Positions 51,101-62,149 of a stretch of 64,000 bases of DNA are shown here, one piece after another (position 1 is the stretch's first letter; every line of letters starts with the position of its first letter). The notes under the pieces were generated by a model, which saw only the letters and a list, made by a program, of their open reading frames with translations, was not told where the DNA came from and ran no database searches. Both the position numbers and the translations under genes were made by a program. This stretch comes from Octopus sinensis (lineage: Eukaryota): NCBI RefSeq assembly GCF_006345805.1, contig NC_043005.1, forward strand, positions 16,306,001-16,370,000. Reading direction: 5' to 3'.

Positions 51101-52052
51101 CAAGGGTTGGACAAAATAATGGAAACACATTAAAATTTCAAGCAAATTTATTTTAATATGGAGTAGGACCGCTTTGGTAGTAATTGCAGCTTGAATTCTA
51201 CGAGGAGCACCAGGTTTTGTAAGCAATGCTTCAAGGAGAATCTGGATAAACTGGGATCTTCAGAAAGAGAAATCGACCGCCCTATAACTATATTATATGG
51301 ACTCGTATAAAGTTTAAATCGTTTCCAAAGGAATTTTTATCCAATCTCTACACGTATACTCGGTCGGTGATCAGAAATAAGGTAAAGGATGACTCGTCCG
51401 AGAAAATAACATTCTTCCACTGCTCTAGGGACCAATTCTAAATGCTTTGTAACGTTTGTTCTTGAAAGCAGTGGTTTTCTGATCTCAGCCCTCCTGTGAA
51501 ATCCAGCTTTCTGCAGCCCCCGGCAAACAGTTTTTGTGGAAACTGGGTTCTCGAGGTGGTCATTAAGCTCTGCAGTAATTTTGGGAGCTGTACTTCTGTG
51601 ATCCTTTCTAGCAATTAGCGTAAGATCCAATGGTCCCTATCTGAAAGTTTTGGTTTTCTTCCAGAGTTTTGTTTCGACAAGGAGGGTTTTCCCCTCTTTC
51701 TCAAAGTCTGCCATTATTTTCGAGACAGTACTTCTTGATACACCAAACATTTCGGCTGTTTTCGTTACGCTAGCGCCTGCCTTACGAGCACTAACAATTT
51801 GACCTCTTTGAAAGTCCGATAGATCTGTCATGTTAATGAATTTTAATTACCTTTTTCTGCTGATATATGAAAAGAAACAGCAATTTTAGCAAAACATATT
51901 AAGCAACACTAATAATAAATCAAAAAACCATAAAAATAAACAAGCTTTTGATGGTTTTATAAATATTTCATAATTATTATGTATGATGCTATGATGCTGT
52001 GATGCTATGATGCTGTGATGCTAGGTGTTTCCATTATTTTGTCCCATTCCTG
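51101..52052 (-). mobile_element. Internally deleted Tc1-like transposon
   Basis: TIRs TA-caagggttggacaaaataatggaaacac / gtgtttccattattttgtcccattcctg-TA. Transposase relics include MTDLSDFQRGQIVSARKAGASVTKTAEMFGVSRSTVSK and RSTAPKITAELN..KPLLS, plus a VIFSDES frame. Confidence 0.9.
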
Positions 52053-52839
52053 TATGATGTAATTTGGCGTAGTCGGGTAGATTCACGTTCTTGTCAGAAT
52101 ATAATGAATGACTTCAATTTCAAAATATAATATCAAATATATAGTATTTATTTCATTTAATATATATATATTATTGAAAAAAGTGAAATTGCCACGACTA
52201 CATTAACCATGTAACCAAGCAACAACTAATATAAAACAATATTAACAGAAGTTATATGAATTAATAGCTTCTTTTCCACGTTCATAATGCATCAATGAAA
52301 CACTATCTGAGTATGGTTTGAAGGACACTCTGTCTCAGTGGCGTTCATTGCTGTTATGATAACAACAATGTATTTTCTTATAAGTTTTAATATTAAGCTT
52401 CATGTTAACCTCCATAAATGTTAAAAAAAATAAGCCACCCATAATTGGATACAACTCACCCAACAAGAACTCACTACTTGAACAAAACTTGATACAACTC
52501 ACCCAACAAGAACTCACTACTTGAACAAAACTTGACTTAAACAAAACTTGACTTAAACAGGATTCGAATAATCCTATCAGGTGGTGCTATTAAGTTAGAC
52601 ATGGCCTGGACCAATCTTTGGTCGAAACATATCTAAGCTTATCTAAGTTTATAATCTATAATGGCAGTGAATGTGATAAAAATAGAGGACAATTTTAACA
52701 AACTTTATAGTTCAATAACGAAGAAGTTAGCAATATTTCGATATAATTATATGAAAAATTCCCATATTAACATGTTCCCTTGCTATCTTCAATTCGGTTT
52801 TTGTATTAATCCCAACCTATGGCCGTAAGTGTTGGACAA

Positions 52840-53120
52840 TGACCCAAGGAGTACGATCGCCAATACAAGTGACCAAAATGGGGTTCATCAGAAGGAGCTC
52901 TGGAGTTACGTAACTCAACAGGATTGATGGATCGGATATTAAGGTGTCTCCTCCACGTTGAGTTGCTACTTCTCCTCATTGAGAGGTCACAGCTTCGATA
53001 GTGCAGATTTGTGTTTAGAATGTTGCAGGAAAGAATCGCAAGACTTCTTCAAGCCGAGTCAACCGGTAGGAAACCTAGGGGTAGACCAAGAACGAAACGG
53101 TTGGATAACACTGTGTAACA
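52840..53120 (+). mobile_element. Old RTE 3' relic
   Basis: MGFIRRSSGVT..LLLIERSQLR..ERIARLLQAESTGRKPRGRPRT across frameshifts. Confidence 0.6.
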
Positions 53121-53399
53121 AGATCTTTGTCCTTGGGCAGCAACTGTTATTTACTATTTGCTTTTCCCAAGAAAGTACGAAAATTCGTTAATGTTTCCTT
53201 TAATCTTTGCTTTTCTTACATTCATTCAAAACCCAAAGAATCCCTCTCAACACATGGCTAAGATGCTCCCCTACTACTCCTGCTCATGATCAGAGATGCA
53301 CATATTGTCAGCCACTAATAGACATGCTCAACTGGTTATGGCCAAGCAAGTAACAAGTACATATGTTAACTGGGAATTTTCATATAATTATATCGAAAT

Positions 53400-53620
53400 C
53401 TGTGGTCCCGCGTTCCATATTAGTCGCAGCCAGTTTTCCTTTTTTTAACTTAGAGTATGTAAAACTCGGTTGTTTCTCGTTTATTTCTCTTCTGTCAACT
53501 TTTGCCTTGAAGAACGACACTGCCCGAAACGTTGGGTTTTCCACTCCTCACAGCAACTTCACTACTCTTTTTATCGATTTTATTACATAGATATAAGTCT
53601 TGCTTACACAGACCAACACC
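53400..53620 (+). mobile_element. Possible Penelope-like terminal fragment
   Basis: ttgaagaacgacactgcccgaaacgttggg in a pyrimidine-rich context. Confidence 0.35.
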
Positions 53621-53660
53621 AGCCTGTTTATAGAGACAGTTTGATCATGCATTCATCAAC

Positions 53661-53741
<81 letters not shown>

Positions 53742-54324
53742 CAAACAAAGAAAGAGAGGAAAGAAACAAACAGACTCATCGAGTCCAAGTTTGACTGGAT
53801 TAAAACAAAACATAAATGTGAGCATTCTATTAAGGCCTAAGCTCACTCTTTGGCTTGTTTGAACTCAACACTGCGAACTTATAGTGTGGTAATCTTTTTT
53901 CGTCATTCGGTAATTATGGATCGGTAATTAAGGATCTCCTTGCCTGCAGCAGTCGTTTCTTGTTGCCTTCTGTCGATTAACTTCTCATATTTTCTATCGG
54001 TCTCGGATTCTCTCAAGCATGCCCTTGAAGCACAAGACATATTTGAACCTTATGTAGTTGAACTGATTCACGGGACATCGCTGCACGTTCACACACCGGT
54101 AGCCTTGTGTGATACATATCTTGGGATCAACCCTTCTCCGAATCTTTTATTCCTTAGCCACAGGGACCGTCTTTTGTCTGAACCATAATTGGAGCCCTTG
54201 ACTGATACTACCACCCCAGATAAAGGCGGACCTAGGGGTAGTCATGACGTAGGAGAAATGGCTACTCTATACTCACCAGAACTCCAGAGCAGGTGCCTTA
54301 TCATCATATGGAGTTTAACGTGTT

Positions 54325-54505
54325 GCCCAAGTCATCTGATTGCGGCCATGCTGGAGCAGCGCCTTTAGCCGACCAAATCGACCCCAGGACTTATTCTTTG
54401 TTAGCCTAGTACTTATTCTATCGATCTGTTTTGCCGAACCGCTAAGTTACGGGGACGTAAACACACCAGCATCGGTTGTCAAGCAATGTTGAGGGGACAA
54501 AAACA
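54325..54505 (-). mobile_element. Partial SINE B (3' half)
   Basis: gattgcggccatgctggagcagcgcc..gcatcggttgtcaagcaatgttg. Confidence 0.8.
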
Positions 54506-54999
54506 CACAGCAGGAGGAGTCATTTACAGTTTTTAGAATTGCAAGAAGGGGCCTGCCCTTATCTCCGGTTTAAGTTATTTTCGCGCACGACATCACAAAA
54601 TGCGCCTGAATAAACATTGCCGGACAGCAAATAGAGACTCGAACACTGCTTAGAAAATATTCTTCAGTTTTAACCTCGTATATAGTACACACTAGGGATT
54701 TTGACCAATAAATTTTGGGGGGAAAAAATGAGGATTATACTCGAAGATTTACGGTACTCAACAAATGCAGCAGTTACTCTAGGAAGGAGTCTCTAACTTG
54801 CATACGGAAAGTGTTTAACACTATAAATACCTGCTGCCTGTCAACGAGGATCTTAGTCCACACAATATCAAGGTATGATATAATATGTAACAAATGCTAT
54901 AATTATAAACAGGGCAGATTTTAGCCATTTCTCCGCAGGTTGTTAAGATTTAATATACACAATGAATTTAGGGAAATTAGTCGCGTGCATCGATGTGTG

Positions 55000-55169
55000 A
55001 TGATTAAGAAGCTCACTTTGCAGCCACGTGATTTCGAGGTTCAATCTCACTGCGTGGAACCTTGGGTAACTGACTTCTACCATTGCCCCCTCCCCCGCGC
55101 GGGGAGAGGGGTGCCGACTAATGCCTTGAGGGAGAATTTGGTTGACGGAAAGTGCGTGGAAGACGTGTG

Positions 55170-55233
<64 letters not shown>

Positions 55234-55470
55234 TGTGTACGTGTGTGTGTGAATGTGTGTGAATGTGTGTGCGTGCGTGCCTTTGTGTTTGTCCCCCGGC
55301 ACCAACCGGTGTTGGTTTGTTTATTTCCCCGTAACTTAGTGGTTCGGCAAAAGAGACGAATGAGGGAGTACCAGACTTTAAAATAGGTACTGGGTATGAT
55401 TTATTCGACTAAATCCTTCAAGGCGGTGCCCCAGCATGGCCAGAATCCAATGAGTGAAGCAAGTAAAATA
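55000..55470 (+). mobile_element. Diverged SINE B with a (GTGC)n centre
   Basis: cactgcgtggaaccttgggtaactgacttctac..gtaacttagtggttcggcaaaagagac..ggcggtgccccagcatggc. Confidence 0.65.
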
Positions 55471-55779
55471 TAAAAAAATATATTATCAAAAGTGACTACT
55501 GAAGGAGATTTGGCTGCTATCTCTAAAAGCTCGAATGATGTGGTCAAATGTTTTCTAATAAACATGTTGTCAAAGTCATATGAGAGGCAACCACCAGAGA
55601 CCGTCGAGGCCTAATGGTTAAGGTGCTTGGTTCTCGATCAAAAGGTCGCGGGTTCATTTCCTGAATAAGGTACTGCATTTTATTTTGCTCCAACCTACCA
55701 AGCTGTATTATGAACCAGCCAAGGTTCCTGTGCAGCCCTTGCAGGCCTCACCCTACTGGCAATCACTTTCTAGGTGCAC

Positions 55780-56195
55780 AAGGCGGCGAGTGGGCAGAAA
55801 AGTTAGCGCGCCGGGCGAAATGCTTAGCGGTATTTCATCTGCCACTACGTTCTGAGTTCAAATTCCGCCGAGGTCGACTTTGCCTTTCATCCTTTCGGGG
55901 TCGATTAAATAAGTACCAGTTACGCACTGGAGTCGATATAATCGACTTAATCTGTTTGTCTGTCCTTGCTTGTCCTCTCTGTGGTTAGCCCCTTGTGGGT
56001 AGTAAAGAAATAGGTATTTCGTCTATCGTTACGTTGTGAGTTCAAATTCCGCCGAGGTCGACTTTGCCTTTCATCCTTTCGGGGTCGATAAATTAAATAC
56101 CAGTTACGCACTGGGGTCGATATAATCGACTTAATCCCTTTGTCCGTCCTTGTTTGTCCCCTCTATGTTTAGCCCCTTGTGGGTAGTAAAGAAAT
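55780..56195 (+). mobile_element. SINE D followed directly by a second copy of its 3' three-quarters
   Basis: The first unit ends aaagaaatagg (about 56013); the sequence restarts at tatttcgtctatcgttacg and ends aaagaaata. Confidence 0.85.
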
Positions 56196-56430
56196 ATATC
56201 ACTTTCTGGATGCTCCGCTGAGTCGAATGTGAGATGACCGAGATTCTAAATATGCCCACGGAATACCTAGATATATTCGCCCGTGCGTAACGGCAGGCTG
56301 TACCATACGAAAGCATCTTGACTAAGGACACAAAAGAATGGAATAAACAGAATACGAACCATCAAACCTGCGGTTTGTCAACCTTCTTTATCGCATACCC
56401 GGTGTCAGCTGCTCGATACAATTCAACATC

Positions 56431-56660
56431 TATTTCTTTACTATCCACAAGGGGCTAAACACAGAGAGGACAAACAAGGACAGACAAACGGATTAAGTCG
56501 ATTATATCGACCCCAGTGCGTAACTGGTACTTATTTAATCGACCCGGAAAGGATGAAAGGCAAAGTCGACCTCGGCGGAATTTGAACTCAGAATGTAACG
56601 GCAGACGAAATACGGCTACGCATTTCGCCCGGCGTGCTAACGATTCTGCCAGCTCATCGT
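56431..56660 (-). mobile_element. SINE D, inverted relative to 55780-56195
   Basis: ctatttctttactatccacaagggg..gctaacgattctgccagctc. Confidence 0.9.
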
Positions 56661-56976
56661 AAGCTTGAATGTAAAGAAGAAAGCGCATGGTTAAAGGGAG
56701 ATAACTCCAAAATATATTTTTTTTTAGTTTCATAATATTTTTAGCTTTTACAGTTTAATACTATTTAGTAACGTTTTAGTAACATCTCCCTCTCTCTCCC
56801 TCTCTCCCTCTTTCACTCCCTCTCTCTCTCCCTCTTTCTCTCTTTCTCATTTTCTATCTCCCTCTCTTTTACACTCTCCCTATATTTCCTGATTCTTTTA
56901 TTCTCTACCCACTTGCTCTTTCCTTGTATTACACCATCTGGTAATACTAATAATAGTAGTAGCAGCATTAGCAGCG

Positions 56977-57025
<49 letters not shown>

Positions 57026-57149
57026 CAATATTGTGACATTCCGGACAACTCCTTCAACAGCGATACATACAAGCGTACATGTATAGACTCATACCTATAC
57101 AGTCATATACATACACACGCACACACATACACTCAAACACACACAGAGA

Positions 57150-57241
57150 GATGATGATGATGATGATCATGATGATGATCATGATCATGATCATGATCAT
57201 CATGATCATCATCATCATCATCATGATCATGATGACGATGA

Positions 57242-57272
<31 letters not shown>

Positions 57273-57323
57273 AATGGTGATGATGATGATGACGATGATG
57301 ACGATGACGATGATGACGATGAC

Positions 57324-57354
<31 letters not shown>

Positions 57355-57404
57355 GTGGTGGTAATGGTGATGATGATGACGATGATGACGATGACGATGA
57401 TGAC

Positions 57405-57440
<36 letters not shown>

Positions 57441-57475
57441 GATGATGATGGTGGTGGTGGTGGTGATGATGATGG

Positions 57476-57568
<93 letters not shown>

Positions 57569-57592
57569 CGATGATGATGATGATGATGATGA
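57150..57592. repeat. (GAT)n trinucleotide array with GAC/GGT variants
   Basis: Direct reading; source of the poly-M/H/S/I pseudo-ORFs. Confidence 0.9.
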
Positions 57593-57731
57593 AATAAATG
57601 GCACAGAGGGATAATAAAGAAATTTGAAGAAATCCCAAGATAATTCGCAACGAACTCACACAATCTCAACCTCTGTACAGTTGCCGACCAGTTATCATCA
57701 TATATTCTGTCTGTCTGTATGTCTGTATGTA

Positions 57732-57786
<55 letters not shown>

Positions 57787-57972
57787 GAATATACGTATGA
57801 ATAAACTAATGGATGGATAGATGGATGGCATATACAGTCATCCCTTGCGTTGCGAAACTCCATATTATGTCAAGATTTTCAGGAATTCAATACTCCCATA
57901 ATTCGGATTCGGGGTCAGTCTGTATGCGCATACATGCATGAATACGTACATATATATAGACATATCTATAAA

Positions 57973-58059
<87 letters not shown>

Positions 58060-58108
58060 AATGTATATGCCCACACATATACACACATATATATAAACAT
58101 ACATGTAT

Positions 58109-58160
<52 letters not shown>

Positions 58161-58711
58161 GTATATACCTCCACACATACATACATGCGTATGTATTTGT
58201 ATATATACTTACACACACACACACAGAGATATATATATATATATACGTATATATACATAGATATATCTATATATACATATGTACATATATACATACATAC
58301 ATATATGTATGTACACATACGCGTTTGTATGTGTGTGTGTGTGTGTGTGTATGTGTGTGTGTGCGCGTGTGTGGTGTTCATACTTGTATAAATATATACA
58401 CACACACAAACATACATACAAACACATTCATGTATATGCACGTATGTCTGTGTCCACATGTATGTGTATGTGTACGTCTGCACATAAATACACATTCATA
58501 AATTATATCTTTTTCTGCACTTAGTGAGAGCCATTTCCCCCATCAGCCCTGTAACAGTTGCCAGTATCCTCAGTCTTCAGTTATACAGAAGCAGACTAGA
58601 TTAAGAAAATACTGGTTGATCTGGGATCAAAGGCGTTCCTAATGTGACCATCCTATGTCATTCGTCAGTAGGTTCACTGCTTGTAGTAAAATATTCCAAT
58701 TTCCACACAAT

Positions 58712-59080
58712 GGGACTTACATATTTCGTTTTGGGATTTGGTTTGCGAGATTCTTTATAGGAGTTCGTGTGTTGAAGCATATTCTGTTGTGTCTGGGGAG
58801 AGTCATTTTCTTTTCGTGCCTTGTTATTTAACATACTCACCGGTAAAATTTCCACTTATTTCTTATTTTTATTTTCTAAAATTTTCGTTGCGTCTTGCAA
58901 CCTTTTCAATAGTTTTGACTCTTGAGAGTCAAGACTATTGAAAAGAGTCAAGACTATTGAAAAGGTTGCAAGATGCAACGAAAATTTTAGAAAATAAAAA
59001 TAAGAAATAAGTGGAAATTTTACCGGTGAGGCACTAAAAGAGAATGACTCTCCCCAGACACAACAGAAGGGACTTACATA
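58712..59080. mobile_element. Palindromic insertion with a 12-bp direct repeat (PLE-like or fold-back)
   Basis: gggacttacata at 58712-58723 and 59069-59080; inverted arms 58782-58922 and 58925-59068. Confidence 0.8.
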
Positions 59081-59290
59081 GTTAATTACTTTGTGACGAA
59101 CCAATGAGGAAGCCTCTGTGTGATCTCTTGACCTACTATAAATAGAGAATACATTGGATAATGCAGTTGTGTCTCAAAAGAATATTTAAAAAAGGACGAG
59201 GTGGTCGCGGATGGGTATCTTTGATCATAGGTATACTCGACCTATTGATAGCAATAGCAACAACGACGACGACTACGACAGCAGTAACAG

Positions 59291-59400
59291 CCGTCCAAGA
59301 ATTTGGACCTGGAGATCTCCATTTCCAACGACTTCGAGGGCCACCTCCCAGTGGTGTCGGGCGTCAACGAAGAGCCCTCGACTACAACAAGACGACCAAA
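59291..59400 (+). CDS. Candidate coding exon (PSKNLDLEISISNDFEGHLPVVSGVNEEPSTTTRRPK)
   Basis: GC-rich island bounded by AG and GT; 22 of 26 core codons end in G/C. The acceptor lacks a polypyrimidine tract, and the antisense frame is also open. Confidence 0.3.
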
Positions 59401-59894
59401 GTATTTTTTTTTTCAAAGGTCTGGGGTCTCCCGCCCCTAAGCCCTAGACCATTCCCTAATCACCCTTACCCGCCTTCTTGCTTAACAACAACAACAACAA
59501 CAACAACAGCAGCAGTGACAAGAACAACAACAACCACAACACTTCACGGCAAAGTTTGCGGTTTGGTTTCCCAACAGAAAGAAGTACACCATATCCAGGC
59601 AACCTACAGCACTTCTAAACTTACCTCAAGTATTTTCACTGACTGACCGTTGTACGGGCCACAGGTCGGATTAACCATAGATAATTCGAGCTAATGTGAA
59701 TGTCTCTACGTTGTCGCTCGATCTTCTAAAAATAACGGCTAAATTCCCCGAAACCACACTCCACCATCCAAAAGAAAAAAGGACCGATTTCATGGTTTAG
59801 TCCTACTTATACAATCTGAAATTCCTTTTGATCATGTCTACTCAATCAGAACAGATCTGAAGCAAAACAACAACAGCTACTGCAGCAATAGCAA

Positions 59895-60290
59895 GTGGAG
59901 GCGCAGTGGCCCAATGGTTAGGGCAGCAGACTCGCGGTCGGAGGATCGCGGTTTCGATTCCCAGACCGGGCGTTGTGTGTGTTTATTGAGCGAAAACACC
60001 TAAAGCTCCACGATGCTCCGGCAGGGGGTGGTGACGACCCCTGTTGTACTCTTTCGCTCCAACTTACTTTCATTCTTTCTTCATGTTTCTTGTCCCCCGA
60101 CTTCCTACGCAACCGCTGAGCCTGGATGCGCATTCATCCATCCGTCGATGCTCTCGGTGTCGGGGGTTGACCTGCTTTCTCTTCTGCGGGTCTTACGAAT
60201 AGCAAAGGACCACGTTTCGGACTTCTCCCATCTTATGAGCTATGGGACGAAGACCGTTCGCTGAACAGCAACAATAGCAACATTAGTGGC
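59895..60290 (+). mobile_element. SINE with an A2 head and a different 3' body
   Basis: Matches A2 until about 60060, then diverges (cttgtcccccgacttcctacgcaaccgctgagcc..). Confidence 0.75.
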
Positions 60291-61135
60291 CATAGCCGAT
60301 TCCAGCCAATGGCAGAGCCACTGTGTGGTCACATGACCTACAAAAATTAGCAACCAATTTCGCTGAAATCACACTCTACCCTCTTGAAATGTAAAGACGC
60401 ACTGAGCAATGCGATCCTTGATATACTATTCACAGCTGGAACGGATTTCCTCTTAGGTTTGCTCGATCATTTCTGACCTAGTGCTAGATAACCATCACCC
60501 AAACAAAACTAACAATAATTGATCCATCTAAATAAATTCAACCACTTACAGAACAACCTCACTTAAGACACCGGCGACAGTCCAACCGCTTTAGGCCACC
60601 TGCTTGTGGTATCGGGTGTCACCAAAAATAGTACCAAGGGATACACTTTCTTCGGACTAAAATATGCACCATAGACAGTAAGGTGGTTCAAACGCTGTAT
60701 GATTAACGCTTCTTCACTGGTGTGTAGTAACGAGTGTTAAAGTATCATGTGAGACAGAGCCAGATTAGAGGGAGACAGAATTTCCGTGATCCAAAAGGTT
60801 CAAGTTTACCTTGGAAAATCTGTTGTTCTTCAGATCTGTCTCACTCAGTTTGTTTGTCATTTAACATCACAAAATGTATTTGTACTAAAGGTGGTTGTCT
60901 GGCCCTTTTGGTGCACATCGTCAGGTGACTACAACCAAGATGTCGTATGTGAGCGAGTATAGCTTAGTAACATGTAACATGTTTTCGTTAATTGCTTTAA
61001 GTACCTCTGTACATAAATACTTTGTTGATCCATTCCCCTTTGACACGCTCCCCACGCAGCACATCGAGGATGAAAAAAGTTGGAAGGACAGAGGGCAGCA
61101 CTAGCATCCGACTGATAGTCATTGCAGATGAGGAG

Positions 61136-61620
61136 ACTGAAATGAAGTACCCTGCAGACTGAAATTAAATACCCTGCAAACTGAAATTAAGTACTTTGTA
61201 GACTGAAATAAAGTACCTTGTAAGCTGAAATAAAGTACCTTGTAGACTGAAATTAAGTACCTTGTAGGTTGAAATAAAGTACTTTGTAAGCTGAAATAAA
61301 GTACCTTGTAGGCTGAAATAAAGTACCTTGTAGACTGAAATAAAGTACCTTGTAGACTGAAGTTAAGTACCTTGTAGACTGAAATTAAGTACCTTGTAGA
61401 CTGAAATTAAATACCCTGCAGACTGAAATTAAGTACCTTGTAGACTAAATTTAAGTACCTTGTAGACTGAAATTAAATACCTTGTAGACTGAAATTAAGT
61501 ACCTTGTAGACTGAAATTAAATAATTTGTAGACTGAAAATAAGTACGTTGTAGACTGAAATGAAGTACTTTGTAAGCTGAAATGAAGTACCTTGTAGACT
61601 GAAATGAAGTACCATTGCAG
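61136..61620. repeat. 22-bp minisatellite, ~22 units (gactgaaattaagtaccttgta)
   Basis: Units read directly; the array runs into a SINE A1-like head. Confidence 0.92.
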
Positions 61621-61740
61621 CTGAGTAGACGTGAAACGAAGTACCTTGCTCAAAATTACAACTCCATTTCCTGTCCAGAAATTGAACCCCCAAGTTTATG
61701 ATCATGAGTGGAACACAGAAACCACTTGGCCACGCACTTT
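61620..61740 (-). mobile_element. Diverged SINE A1-like head
   Basis: gctgagtagacgtgaaacgaagtaccttgctcaa..gaaattgaacc..atgatcatgag..aaccacttggccacgcac resembles the reverse complement of the A1 5' region. Confidence 0.65.
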
Positions 61741-62149
61741 CTCGCCTGATAATTTACATTTATAAATATAAACACACGGGTATAAAGAAACACAGCCATC
61801 AAATATCTCATGATGAGAGGATCTATCAAAGTTCGAGCTCATATTATGCTGATGATTGTATTAATATAAACATTAGAAAAGGAAAATGACTAACAGTAAA
61901 ATATAATCGGTGAAAAATGTCTTTGAATGTGGGCTTTCAAACGAGAAAGAGATTATTATTGCGTGATTCAGAGTGGATCATCATACAGTGCTGAAGATTC
62001 GACAGGAAATAACTGGATTAGGGGAAATAAACAGTGTGAACCTAAGGACAAATAAATACAAGACAGTCGAGGATTCAGTTTATTTGTCAAGTCAACCCAT
62101 ACAGTAAGGTAATAATGAAAGGATAAAGGTAACTTTGTGCTATGAGAAC

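Noticed and set aside
53930-54320. Possible RTE 5' UTR/endonuclease relic on the minus strand
   Set aside because: No clear catalytic motif could be recovered.
61136-61620. CRISPR-like array
   Set aside because: The units are contiguous with no unique spacers, there are no cas genes, and the context is eukaryotic.
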